Assembly (NCBI GenBank): GCA_002269645.1
Contig: NIVC01000774.1
Coordinates: forward strand, 1-64,000
Reading direction: 5' to 3'
Length of the DNA: 64,000 bases
From: Macrostomum lignano
Lineage: Eukaryota
The notes under the pieces are model-generated. The model was given only the letters and a program-made list of their open reading frames with translations. It did no database searches and was not told the origin of the DNA. Made by a program: the position numbers and the translations under genes. Of the stretch, positions 24,011-36,307 are shown piece by piece; position 1 is the stretch's first letter, and the number at the start of each line of letters is the position of its first letter.

Positions 24011-24720
24011 TCTCCTCTCCCATCTCTCTTCTCCTCTCTACTCTCTCCCCTTTTCATTCTCCTATTTCTTCTTCTCTCTCCCTGTCTCTCCTCTCTCCTC
24101 TAGTCTCTGTAATCTTTTCTCTCTTATCTCTCCTCTGTTCTCTCTACTCTCCCATCTCTCGTCTGTTCACCCTCATCTCTGCTCTCTCATCTGTCATCTT
24201 TACTCTCGTCTCTCTGCACTCCCCTCTCACCTTTTTGATCTCTCATCTTTACTCTCTCATCTCTCCTTTTTTCTGTCTCATCTCTACAATCTCATCTCTC
24301 CTTTCTCCCCTCTTCTTACACCCCTCTCTTATCTCTATCTCTTCTCTTCTCACTCCTCTCCCCCCCTCTTATCTCTATCTCTTCTCTTCTCACTCCTCTC
24401 TCCCCCTCTTATCTCCTCTCTTCTCTATCCTTTCTACTCTCTCCTCTCTAATCTCTCCTCTTCTCTTCCTCTTGACCCTCTGTCATCTTCTTTCTGCTCT
24501 CTCATCTCTACTCTCTTCTCACTCTTCTCTACTCTCCTCTCATCGATCCTCTGTCTCATCTCTCCCCTCTTCTCACCTTTACTCTTTCCTCTCCCTCCTT
24601 TCTCCCCTCCTCTCACTTCTTCCTCCCTTCTTCTCTGCTCTCTCCTCACCACTTGTCTCTCCTCTTATCTTCCATGTTTTCTATTATCCCCCTCTCGCCT
24701 CTCCTCTCTTCTAATAGTCT
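23570..24720. repeat. About 1.1-kb CT-rich polypyrimidine low-complexity tract with a (CT)n core
   Basis: The + strand is strongly C/T-rich, and a pure (CT)n run lies near 23957-24006. Confidence 0.95.
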
Positions 24721-25399
24721 ATTCCTTCTCCTTTCCACTCTCATCTGGCCCGCACATAAGCTGGATTCTTTATCTGGCTTTTGAAGTAAAAGTCTGCCGA
24801 TCCCTGCTTCGAAAGCCAGTTTGTGGGACATACTACTCTCATCGTTATTCTCATGCTTTGATCATGTCATCTTTCTTGCCAATTTGCAGCCCTGAAAGGA
24901 ATTTGTGTATCTTCAGCTCCACTGCAGTCTGCATCAGTCTAACAACCAAGGAAATACGCATTTCTTAGGCCATTTAAATTTCAAAGTACTTTTAAGAGAA
25001 ACTTAAAATTTCAATGGTGTGCCTAATTAAGTAGGGTTGTATTGCATCGCATCGCCTTTTCATAAATCTTTCGCTTTTTACAAACCATGCTGGATTGCCT
25101 CGATTTGCCAATTGCCATCCACTGTTAAACTGCTGCAGAGTTTGCCAATACAGAGGGGAGGGCAGTGGTTAGAATTTCTTACTAAACTGTTATGGCTAAA
25201 CGTAGCCTCTCCACTCTCGGGGTGCAGAGAAGGTTATAAATAAAGTTATTCCAAAACACTGTACATTTGCTATGTACATTCAGTCCTATTGCCTGATCCT
25301 TCGTCTGGCTCTGGGGGAATGAGTGAGTGAGTGGCACAAACAACAGAAAAAGCAGACAAACTTCACATGCTTACAGTTTCTTTTTCGGTTGAGTTACAG

Positions 25400-25969
25400 A
25401 GTTGAAACTTTACTTTTAGATAGAGAATGAGTCAATGAAGAATTGTGTCAAGTTTGAAGTCAATTGCTTTATTTGGAGCAAACTTATGGCAGCTGAAAGT
25501 TAGTCAATTTTGAAACCCTTTTACACATCTGGGCCCAGATCGGGATCGAGAAAGAGAGGCAGGCGGGCGGAGGTTGGAGTGGTTGCTACGCTGAAAAAAA
25601 CAGCCTAACTTTAAAAGTGCACAGCGCCGTTCAGGATTAACTTTGAAACTCGAAATTTTACATGATTGTTCCAAAATAGTTGAAGATTATCTGTGTCAAA
25701 TTTGAAGAGAATCGGTAAAAGTGAAATGGCGCTATGGAGTATTTAGTGAAAAAATTGTGCATTTTGAGCAGTTTTTTGTACTTTTAGGTAGGAAGACTCA
25801 AATTTAGGAAATTTAAAGGTAGCCTAAGACATTCTCCGTAGTGAGTTTAGGGTGGGTGTAAAATTTGGTGTCATTTGGTTAAGCGGTTTGGGAGTCCATA
25901 GCGATCAAAATTGTCCACACACAGACAGACACACACACACACAGAGTTTTGATTTTTATATGTAGAGAT
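25400..25969 (+). mobile_element. Non-autonomous Helentron/DINE-1-like (HINE) element
   Basis: Repeated core blocks (TGTGTCAA(G/A)TTTGAAG; AAATTTGGTGTCATTTGGTTAAGCGGTTTGGGAG), then a (GACA)/(CA) microsatellite and a terminal TTTTTATATGTAGAGAT. This is the usual HINE layout. The left boundary is approximate. Confidence 0.55.
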
Positions 25970-27351
25970 TTCTATTCTAAATATATATTCAATAAGGCTT
26001 TGATCTAAAAATTACTCCAATTGGGCAATATATGCATAAAACTTATAACTTATCTGATTATATAACAAGATGGCTAAGGTAGTTAGTTATATCAAACTAA
26101 TCAACTAAGAACCAAATATTTATAAGGAGTTATATAGGACAAAAACATGTAACTCTTAAATGAATAAAAGAGAAAAGACAAAAAAGGTCAAAAATAGAAA
26201 AAAATGGTGCAAAACTAGGCTATGTTACAAAAAGCTCTCTAAATATAAATATATTGCATTTTCATGGAAAATATATCATATTAGTTAGATAAAATTTAGG
26301 AGGTTATGTATATATAAATATATCAAGAGTTAAGTTGTTGATTATATAATATAATGAGGTCTCAGTTCTTTAGAACTATGGCTAGTATAGGGGTAATAAG
26401 CTATTGTAGTCTATATTGGAATTTGTTTAATATAATATTAAAGTAATGTTTTATAATTCTAGGATTATTAAGCAATCATGATAGCTGAGATTCTTATTAA
26501 TATATAATTTTAATATGTTTTATAGTTTACATATATTTTTATGAACAATACTATATCTTTGCAATAAAGGAAGTTTTCATGAGCAATAAAATAACTGTTA
26601 GTATTAATAAACTTAAATTATTTCTGATACCTTATAGGCCATTCATTAAGTTTGCTTTTAGTGATAGTAGATATACCTCATTTCTTATATCTGAACTATA
26701 ATTGGATAACTTTAAATGGAAACCTAGAGATAAGCACCTTATATTTGAATCTAGATTTATACAAAAATATTACCTTAAGGTTATTGATAATTATTGACAA
26801 GCCTAGAGAGACACTCCTAATTTTAATTCGAATACTAAAATGTTGTCTATATCCCTAATCTCACAGCTAGGGATATGGTAGGTATGTATATAACATATTC
26901 CCCATCCCAGCTATAGATTATATGTAGTTATTCAAAGTAATAGCTTGCTGGCCTAGTAGACAATGGCTTATACTTCTAACTTTTAAAAGTTGTTCCAACT
27001 TAGTACTAATTTCTGCTTAGCTATTGTCGTCATGCTACTGATAATCAGTAGTATGGCATTAATATACACTAAGAACATTCTATATATTTAATCCAACATT
27101 AACTCAGCTAGATGAGCTGGGATTGGTTGATTCGTTTGTCTATTTTAGTGTATATGTCTATAACAAGCGATCGTTGGTGTTATATATTATTACAATTTTG
27201 CTATGTACTCGTATATTCTCACCATTGTTCAATAAAAAGCAAGGCAATAGAATAAAGCGTAGGGAGTTGCTGCATGCTCGGCACTGCAGCATATATATAG
27301 TACACTAAAAGTGTTGTGTAGTGAGCAGGCGAATTACTGCCAGGCAACCAA

Positions 27352-28719
27352 ATGTACTTCGTTCGCGCTTACGATCACGAGGATCATCGGTATCGAACTG
27401 ACTATCGCGGTCAAACGGTGGTTCCAAGTTTCACTCTTGAATGTCAGGAAGATCACAGCTGTTACTTGGAAGGCTGTCAAAGAGTTGTAATCAACGTGTC
27501 AGGTGAAGTATTTGAGACGCAGTTAAAAACGCTCAATCGTTATCCGAACACTCTGCTTGGCAATGAGGCGAAACGCCTGGCCTATTGGGATCGCGCTCGA
27601 TGTCATTTCTTTTTCGACCGTCATCGACTCTCGTTTCCCGCCATATTGAACTTCTACCAGACTGGCGGAAAGCTGCGCAAGCCGCACGAAGTGCCAGAGG
27701 AGATCTTCTACGATGAATTGAAATTCTTTGAAATTGACGAAAGCGTCATCCGCGACTTTTTGCTAACAGAAGGCTACACAATGCAAACTGTGCGCACAGT
27801 TGCGCAAACGAATTGGCGCACTCGGCTTTTCTCAGCGTTTGAATATCCAGATTCTTCGTTATTTGCTAGAACCGTAGCAATGTTTAATGTGGCTGTTATT
27901 GCTCTAAGCATAGCGCTATTCTGCTTAGAAACTCTGCCAGCGAAATCTTCTCCAAAGTGTCCAACCCTCGTATCTGCCAAGCAACAGGGCCAATATCAGA
28001 CTTTGGTTGCACCAGTGCCAACAACTACGCCAATTCAGATTTCTCAGCCGTCGAAAACCTACGGATTTAGTTGGTTCTTCATCTTAGAGACGCTCTGCGT
28101 ACTGTGGTTCGGTTTTGAGTTCGCCATCCGACTAGTAACATATCCTTTTCCTCGAAAAGCGTTTATGCTTTCCTTAGCGAATTGGCTCGATTTGGCCAGT
28201 ATATTGCCGTTTATAGGATCCTCAATAATCCTGCACTTCACTGTGGACTGCTATGACCAGTGCCAGAAGGGCTCCATATTTCTCAATCTGCTTCGCTTTC
28301 TAAGAGTGTTTCGGATATTCAAGTTTTATAAATACGTCACTGGAATGAAAATTCTTGCTCGCACTCTGCGCATGAGTTTTCGCGAGATGACAATGTTTAT
28401 ATTATTTTTAACCATATGCATAGTACTATTCGCCACGGCAATTTACTTTGCTGAAACTGGTAACGACCGTCTGCAGTTCAACAGCATACCTGACTCATTC
28501 TGGTGGGCCATCATCAGCATGTGTACAGTCGGCTATGGCGACTATGTCCCGCGTAGTCTACCAGGAAAGCTTGTTGGCAGCATCTGTGTAGTAGCTGGCG
28601 TGATGACTATTGCCCTGCCAGTGCCGGTTATTGTCACAAACTTTAACATAGTATATCGTCAAACACTACAGAAGCGATTTCGGCCAGAGCTGACTAGGGA
28701 GAAGCAGATACCGGTGTAG
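27352..28719 (+). CDS. Shaker/Kv1-family voltage-gated potassium channel, intronless, 455 aa
   Basis: A Kv1-type T1 domain (RVVINVSGEVFETQLKTL..FFFDRHR..FYQTGGKLRKP), S1-S6, S4 LRFLRVFRIFK, pore WWAIISMCTVGYGD and S6 gate ALPVPVIV. Confidence 0.95.
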   Translation: MYFVRAYDHEDHRYRTDYRGQTVVPSFTLECQEDHSCYLEGCQRVVINVSGEVFETQLKTLNRYPNTLLGNEAKRLAYWDRARCHFFFDRHRLSFPAILNFYQTGGKLRKPHEVPEEIFYDELKFFEIDESVIRDFLLTEGYTMQTVRTVAQTNWRTRLFSAFEYPDSSLFARTVAMFNVAVIALSIALFCLETLPAKSSPKCPTLVSAKQQGQYQTLVAPVPTTTPIQISQPSKTYGFSWFFILETLCVLWFGFEFAIRLVTYPFPRKAFMLSLANWLDLASILPFIGSSIILHFTVDCYDQCQKGSIFLNLLRFLRVFRIFKFYKYVTGMKILARTLRMSFREMTMFILFLTICIVLFATAIYFAETGNDRLQFNSIPDSFWWAIISMCTVGYGDYVPRSLPGKLVGSICVVAGVMTIALPVPVIVTNFNIVYRQTLQKRFRPELTREKQIPV

Positions 28720-28923
28720 TCCATCTAGGAACCCTTGACAGTGAAAAATTTTATTTAGTTAAATATTTGACGGCTATGTTAATTCTTCATAGTAAATTAT
28801 GCCACAGCCTGTTTATTACCAGGTGCAGTTTTATTGAACCCCGTGTACTTTGTTTCTGCAATCCTGAGCAAGCTTTAGCAGCCATAGAAATTTCATAAAT
28901 AGCCAAATCAATCCATTGTCATC

Positions 28924-31542
28924 ATGTCGCAAGAGAATGCCCCGATAAAGATTGACAAGTGGGACGGCAATGCGTTGAAAAATGCGCTGGATGACGCTGC
29001 TAAAAAGGTACGAATATACACGCGCATTTTGTCACACTTCTACTTCCTAGTTTATACTCGTATAATAAAAATACGTGCATATACCCAGTATCCACTTGCA
29101 ATGTATTCAACTGAGTCCTGCAAATGCCATAGCGGATATGTTTGAGCAGTCACTCTTGATCACCGCGTGTACGAGTATATTATAAATGCACAATTTATAA
29201 GATTGATAAGGCTCCTGAGTTGGTCCTTTCCTGGCTCTGCCTTTCTCGGTTAAGTTTATCTATCTGGAATTGCTAACTGTAGTTTTTGCACCACAATTAG
29301 CATAATAAATAAATATGGAATGCAATGGGCTACGCAGCCACGCTGGGACCTCCGCCCACTTTCTAAGACTTGCTTTATCTTTATCATAATTGTTCTGCGT
29401 CACCGCGTCTTGTTCCAATGTCTGGTTCTGTTCTTGGATTGCCAGCCAACTGTGAAATTAGCAATCGTTGCATATGCAGATAGCTTTTTGTTCCGCTTCT
29501 TTCTTTGGGTTGGCTTCCTTTCTCCGCTTATATTTCATGATATTTATGAGCTCTGTGTGTGACAATACTTTAATTGCTGCGTATCGTTATTACTATTAAA
29601 GCTGCTGGTCTATTTTAGTTCATTATGCTCATACTGTTGTTAAATGGCACATTTTATTCTCCACTAGGTGTCACTACCTCACTGGAGAATGAAGGGGGTA
29701 GTAACATCACTGGAGAATGAAGGTGGTAGTGACACCACTGGAGAATGAAGGTGGTAGTGACACCACTGGAGAATGAAGGTGGTAGTGACACCACTGGAGA
29801 ATGAAGGTGGTAGTGACACCACTGGAGAATGAAGGTGGTAGTGACACCACTGGAGAATGAAGGTGGTAGTGACACCACTGGAGAATGAAGGTGGTAGTGA
29901 CACCACTGGAGAATGAAGGTGGTAGTGACACCACTGGAGAATGAAGGTGGTAGTGAAACCACTGGAGAATGAAGGTGGTAGTGACACCACTGGAGAATGA
30001 AGGTGGTAGTGACACCACTGGAGAATGAAGGTGGTAGTGACACCACTGGAGAATGAAGGTGGTAGTGACACCACTGGAGAATGAAGGTGGTAGTGACACC
30101 ACTGGAGAATGAAGGTGGTAGTGACACCACTGGAGAATGAAGGTGGTAGTGACACCACTGGAGAATGAAGGTGGTAGTGACACCACTGGAGAATGAAGGT
30201 GGTAGTGACACCACTGGAGAATGAAGGTGGTAGTGACACCACTGGAGAATGAAGGTGGTAGTGACACCACTGGAGAATGAAGAGATAGTGACACCTGGAG
30301 AATGAAGAGGTATCACTATCTCCTATGTTCTCCAGTGGGTGCCACTACCCTCCATTGAGAGCTGGTACACAATGTCTTGTACACAATAATCTAATTATAA
30401 ACTTTAGCTCATAACAGAATTAACTCATAATTTCGTCTCGCAGATCATGAATGAAAGCTACGGTCTGGTGGAAAGCTTCAAGCTCATCGATGGCCGCCTA
30501 GCCCTGTGCTCCATTGCCGTCAGCTGCTCGCTGTTTGCGCTGCTCTGGGACTTTCTGTACCCTTTCCCAGCATCCAAGACTGTCCTCATCATCTGCGTGG
30601 CCTGTTACTTTATTCTAACCGGCGTGATTTCTGTTTACCTGCTTTACTTCGAGGGCGGCGTGTTTTACGTTGGCCTGGAAAAGGACAAAGCCGGTATCGA
30701 CCCAGATGACAAGTGGACTCTTCAGTCGTCGCTGAAGAAGTGAGTTTTCTTTATAGTAACTACGTTCTTAAGGAGTTAGAAGTGAAAGTTACTTTTAAGA
30801 TTAATTCTAAGGCCTAAAATCATTGTTAATTAATTAATCTGTGAGAATCGCCCCTAATTGATCTCTGAGAATCGCCCTAATTAACCTGTAAGACTCACCC
30901 TAGTTAACTTGTGGGAATCGCCCTAATAAATTTGAGAATCGCCCTAATAAATTTGAGAATCTCCCCTAATCAACCAGTGAGAATCGCCCCTAATCAACCT
31001 GTGAGAATCGCCCCTAATCAACCTGTGAGAATCGCCCTTAATCAACCTGTGACAATCGACCCTAATCAACCTGTGAGAATCGCCCCTAATCAACCTGTGA
31101 GAATCGCCCCTAATTAACCTGTGAGAATCGCTACTTATTAACCTGTGAGAATCGCCCCTAATAAATATTTGAGAATCACCCCTAATTAATCTGTGAGAAT
31201 TGCCCCTAATCCATCTGCAAAAATCGCCCCTAATAAGGATTTGAGAATCGTCCCTAATAAGTATTTGAGAATCGCCCCTAATTGATCTCTGAGAATCGCC
31301 CTAATCAACCTGTGAGAATCTGCAAAAGCAATCAGATCAGCCCATCCTTGCTCAGGTACGATGACCAGTACTGCCTGAAGATCACTTACACAGGCGGCGT
31401 GTCCAAGCAGACTCGCAGCGTTGAAAGAGTGTGCTCAGTAACTGAGTTCTTCGACGAGGAAGGCACCCTGTGCTACGACCTGTACGAGGCCACTGTCAAG
31501 GGTCTCAAGGACAGTCTGAGCGCTGACAAGAAGGCAAAGTGA
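28924..31542 (+). CDS. SPCS2: Signal peptidase complex subunit 2 (SPC25); exons 28924-29007, 30444-30739 and 31356-31542, 188 aa
   Basis: KIDKWDGNALKNALDDAAKK, ESYGLVESFKLIDGRL, two TM helices, SLKKYDDQY and TEFFDEEGTL. The GT-AG junctions keep the frame (phase 0, then phase 2). Confidence 0.95.
29680..30310. repeat. 28-bp minisatellite (about 22 copies) in SPCS2 intron 1
   Basis: The unit CACTGGAGAATGAAGGTGGTAGTGACAC is nearly invariant. Confidence 0.97.
30840..31320. repeat. About 24-bp degenerate minisatellite in SPCS2 intron 2
   Basis: The unit is GTGAGAATCGCCCCTAATCAACCT. Confidence 0.92.
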
Positions 31543-33099
31543 TTTGTGTATCAACGATTCCGATTGTTTTGCTGTTTAGTTTCTCTGATCGCAAATTTCA
31601 ATAACTCTGTAATTTCTTCTGGTCCTGCTAAATATTATTCAACTATTTGTGTACCCTGGTGGCCGTTAGCTCTTGCATCACATTGTGCTGGCTTTTCATG
31701 CAGTTTATTTACAATTTAATTGTCTAGCTTAAAAATCGAGACTGTGTCAATGTTCTGCTTCAGTGATTTTAGTATTCAGAATGTATTCTGTCGTACACTA
31801 AATATAAAGGTAGTTATGGGACTCTGTGTGCATTCGAGCATTGTTAAATTTGCGTTTTCATTTTTAAATGTCGTTGATAAATTCTAATCTCTTTGTAGCA
31901 GTCCTTAATTGTAACCGTTTGTTCTTGCTGTGGGTTTCGGGTTATCCATCATTTGTTCGCTTTTGCTCTGTTTCATCTAGAATATTTAAACTGCAGGTGT
32001 TTTATCCTGCTTCTGCTTCAGTTTTTGCTTCTGCTTAATAAGAAAGCATATTGAATGCGTTTTGCTGCCTGGTACTCAGAAAAATTACATTTTTATTTGT
32101 TCCCGTTATCGTTTGGTATGTAATAAAAGAATCGGCCTTTTTTTATTGCTTTGTCAATTAAATTAATTAGTCTTTGCTAAGGCCCCCCCACCTCAGTTAG
32201 CTGGTAGCTGTTGATTTCTGCTAGATAGATCATTTTAATTATATTAATTAAGCTCTAATTGGTTGAGCAGTACGGCATGCGATTGAGCCTTACACGAGCT
32301 GTAGCTTAAACTCCCCTGTTCAACAGCCATTTGAGCTGCCCAGCTCACCAGTCCGTGTGTGTGCGTGTGTGTATTCTGTAATTATCATTTTTCTAGCAGT
32401 AAATTAATTGCATTATCGGTGCGCGCTGCGCCCTAATGACTCCCGTATCCCCAACCCCCTTGAGTACTTGCTGAGCTGGCCTACCATCGGGCTTTTTGTC
32501 GGATAGGACAGGGCGGACTGCTTTAGGGAGGGGAGATGTGGTTAGGCCAACAAGATTACTGCACATGGGTGGGTTGGGGGATGTTTAATTCTATTTGTCC
32601 GCTTCCCATATGCACTGCCGGTCAGAAACCCGTTGCATGTCATATTGTAGCTCTCATCACGCCTTCCTCCGCCATCTTAGTGCAGTTTTTGCCCCTTGGA
32701 TTTCTGCATAGGTAAAAGCGACATTTTTTACCTGCCCATTCTTACCTCTTCACACCCCCCTTCTCTGCCTGACACTGTCATCTGTGCCAACCACCGCAAT
32801 GCTCACTGATACTCACTGGCCTGGTTGTGTGCGACTTTTTATGCAGGATTTTATGTGCTAGTCATGATGCATCACGTGACTGCCTCCGGCGTCTCTCTCC
32901 AATCTGGTGGGGAGTCGATCATAAAGCCCCCATGGCTTCTCTCTCCCGCATTGTTTATCCGTATTCCGCTCTCCCAAGCAATGTTGGCCTGTCCCAGCGA
33001 AATATACTTTTAGCATGCCAGCAACCCAATAAATGCACTCCATCTACATGTGTATGCCAAACTGTTCCCATTGACCACTGAGACTTTAATCTAACCCAC

Positions 33100-34510
33100 T
33101 ACAGAATCGCCCTAAAATACTTTACAATCACCATAAACCACTCTAGCAGCCGTAGAGAATCATCCTAAACCCTTTGAGTCGCTTTAAACCCCTCTAGAAT
33201 CCACCCTGAACCCCTTTGAGATTCATTCTAAACCCCTTGAGAATCACCCTAAACCCATTGAGAATCACCCGAAGCCCCTAGAGAATCAGCCTAAACCCAT
33301 TGAGAATCACCCGAAACCCCCAGAGAATCAGCCTAAACCCCTTGAGAATCATTCTAAACCCCTTGAGAATCACCATAAATTCTTTTAGAATCACCCTAAA
33401 CCCTTTGAGAATCATCCTAAACGCCTTTGGTAATCCCCTAAACCCCTCGAGAATCGCCCTAAACCCCTTGAGATTACCCTTTGAGAATCATTCTAAACCC
33501 CTCGAGAATCTCCATAAACCCCTCGAGAATCGCCCTAAACCCCTTGAGATTACCCTTTGAGAATCATCCTAAACGCCTTTGGTAAACCCCTCTAGAATCG
33601 CCCTAAACCCCTTGAGATTACCCTTTGAGAATCATCCTAAACGCCTTTGGTAAACCCCTCTAGAATCGCCCTAAACCCCTGGAGATTACCCTTTGAGAAT
33701 CATTCTAAACCCCTTGAGAATCAGCCTAAACCCCTTGAGAATCATTCTAAACCCCTTGAGAATCACCATAAATTCTTTTAGAATCACCCTAAACCCTTTG
33801 AGAATCATCCTAAACGCCTTTGGTAATCCCCTAAACCCCTCGAGAATCGCCCTAAACCCCTTGAGATTACCCTTTGAGAATCATTCTAAACCCCTCGAGA
33901 ATCTCCATAAACCCCTCGAGAATCGCCCTAAACCCCTTGAGATTACCCTTTGAGAATCATCCTAAACGCCTTTGGTAAACCCCTCTAGAATCGCCCTAAA
34001 CCCCTTGAGATTACCCTTTGAGAATCATTCTAAACCCCTTGAGAATCAGCCTAAACCCCTTGAGAATCATTCTAAACCCCTTGAGAATCACCATAAATTC
34101 TTTTAGAATCACCCTAAACCCTTTGAGAATCATCCTAAACGCCTTTGGTAATCCCCTAAACCCCTCGAGAATCGCCCTAAACCCCTTGAGATTACCCTTT
34201 GAGAATCATTCTAAACCCCTCAAGAATCTCCATAAACCCCTCGAGAATCGCCCTAAACCCCTTGAGATTACCCTTTGAGAATCATCCTAAACGCCTTTGG
34301 TAAACCCCTCTAGAATCGCCCTAAACCCCTTGAGATTACCCTTTGAGAATCATCCTAAACGCCTTTGGTAAACCCCTCTAGAATCGCCCTAAACCCCTTG
34401 AGATTACCCTTTGAGAATCATTCTAAACCCCTTGAGAATCACCCTAAACCCCTCGAGAATCTCCATAAACACTTTGAGAATCACCCTAAACCATTTGAGG
34501 ATCACCCTAT
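33100..34510. repeat. About 21-22-bp minisatellite with higher-order duplications
   Basis: The unit is about GAGAATCGCCCTAAACCCCTT. Near-identical blocks of about 260 bp start at 33300, 33693 and 34018. Confidence 0.93.
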
Positions 34511-34841
34511 TGTTGAAAAAATTTGGTTTGGTTTTGAACAATGCAAAATTATCTCTTATTCACAGCTAGCAAGATTATAATTACGAATGCAGCTGTGAAA
34601 TGCGCATATATAGCTAAACTATAACGCAGCCTGCATTTCCGTCATCATTTTTTGTTTTTTTTCTTTCCTTCCGCCTCTCCTACTCCCGTGAATCAAAAAA
34701 TTTGCCAATTAGTGCCGGTCCGCCAAAGCGCGCTGTTTTTTAGCCTGCCTATAGTTTTTAATTATTCAAATAGCGGCTAGATTACAGCCAGCATCATTGC
34801 CTTGCCGCATTATTGCCGATTTACTACCTTCATATGAAAGC

Positions 34842-35093
34842 AGATGGGACTAGATTGCTTGGAGACTAGGGTGACAAATTTTACAGTAGGATAAGCTATC
34901 ATATAGATGGGACTAGATTGCTTGGAGACTAGGGTGACAAATTTTACAGTAGGATAAGCTATCATATAGATGGGACTAGATTGCTTGGAGACTAGGGTGA
35001 CAAATTTTACAGTAGGATAAGCTATCATATAGATGGGACTAGATTGCTTGGAGACTAGGGTGACAAATTTTACAGTAGGATAAGCTATCATAT
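34842..35093. repeat. 63-bp tandem repeat, 4 copies
   Basis: AGATGGGACTAGATTGCTTGGAGACTAGGGTGACAAATTTTACAGTAGGATAAGCTATCATAT occurs at 34842, 34905, 34968 and 35031. Confidence 0.97.
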
Positions 35094-35319
35094 AATTTTT
35101 GTCCGAGTTCCTGCTGGTTTTTCATCTGGGTGACTCAATCTGTTATTAACTTCCATTTGAAGTTTTTACATTGTTAAAAGGAGCTGAGAGTATCGAATGC
35201 ATGTGTTTTTCAATATCGGAGAGTTTTATCGAATACTGTGAACTGGTTAACCTCTGACTGGAAAATCTGTGAAAACTCAGAGTTGCTATGTGAGGACATG
35301 GGGCAAGTATAGGAGTTTC

Positions 35320-36249
35320 GAGAGTCCATGATTGCAATGCAGCAGTCAGTAGTCAGACACTGGAGCTTCCAGTCCAGATAGTTTAGGAGTCCTTGATTGA
35401 AATTCAGCAGCCAGTAGCCAGACACTGGAGCTTCCAGTCCAGATAGTTTAGGAGTCCTTGATTGAAATTCAGCAGCCAGTAGCCAGACACTGGAGCTTCC
35501 AGTCCAGATAGTTTAGGAGTCCTTGATTGAAATTCAGCAGCCAGTAGCCAGACACTGGAGCTTCCAGTCCAGATAGTTTAGGAGTCCTTGATTGAAATTC
35601 AGCAGCCAGTAGTCAGACACTGGAGCTTCCAGTCCAGATGTTTAGGAGTCCATGATTGCAATGCAGCAGCCAGTAGTCAGACACTGGAGCTTCCAGTCCA
35701 GATAGTTTAGGAGTCCTTAATTGAAATTCAGCAGCCAGTAGCCAGACACTGGAGCTTCCAGTCCAGATAGTTTAGGAGTCCTTAATTGAAATTCAGCAGC
35801 CAGTAGTCAGACACTGGAGCTTCCAGTCCAGATGTTTAGGAGTCCATGATTGCAATGCAGCAGCCAGTAGTCAGACACTGGAGCTTCCAGTCCAGATAGT
35901 TTAGGAGTCCTTGATTGAAATTCAGCAGCCAGTAGTCAGACACTGGAGCTTCCAGTCCAGATGTTTAGGAGTCCATGATTGCAATGCAGCAGCCAGTAGT
36001 CAGACACTGGAGCTTCCAGTCCAGATAGTTTAGGAGTCCTTGATTGAAATTCAGCAGCCAGTAGTCAGACACTGGAGCTTCCAGTCCAGATAGTTTAGGA
36101 GTCCTTGATTGAAATTCAGCAGCCAGTAGTCAGACACTGGAGCTTCCAGTCCAGATGTTTAGGAGTCCATGATTGCAATGCAGCAGCCAGTAGTCAGACA
36201 CTGGAGCTTCCAGTCCAGATAGTTCAGGGGTCCATGATTGCAATGCAGC
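35320..36249. repeat. 64/65-bp two-variant minisatellite (about 14 copies) directly upstream of NOSIP
   Basis: A shared core CAGACACTGGAGCTTCCAGTCCAGAT is followed by variant A (AGTTTAGGAGTCCTT(G/A)ATTGAAATTCAG) or variant B (GTTTAGGAGTCCATGATTGCAATGCAG). Confidence 0.95.
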
Positions 36250-36307
36250 AACGATTAGTCAGGCGCAAAGCACACAATCGCACAAATTCATGCATGCGTG
36301 ACCAGTA

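Noticed and set aside
23461-24714. 417-aa Leu/Ser ORF
   Set aside because: An artefact of the CT-rich tract, which has few possible stop codons, and it has a TTG start.
29654-30316. Regular 28-bp repeats resembling a CRISPR array, and long repetitive ORFs
   Set aside because: There are no unique spacers, the array lies in a eukaryotic intron, and there are no cas genes. The same applies to the 63-, 65-, 36-, 32-, 27- and 21-bp arrays and their ORFs.
32260-32330. Faint tRNA-like A/B-box pattern
   Set aside because: Too degenerate to support.
32825-33081. Short ORFs between SPCS2 and the 33-kb minisatellite
   Set aside because: They have TTG/GTG starts, no homology that I recognise, and no exon partners.
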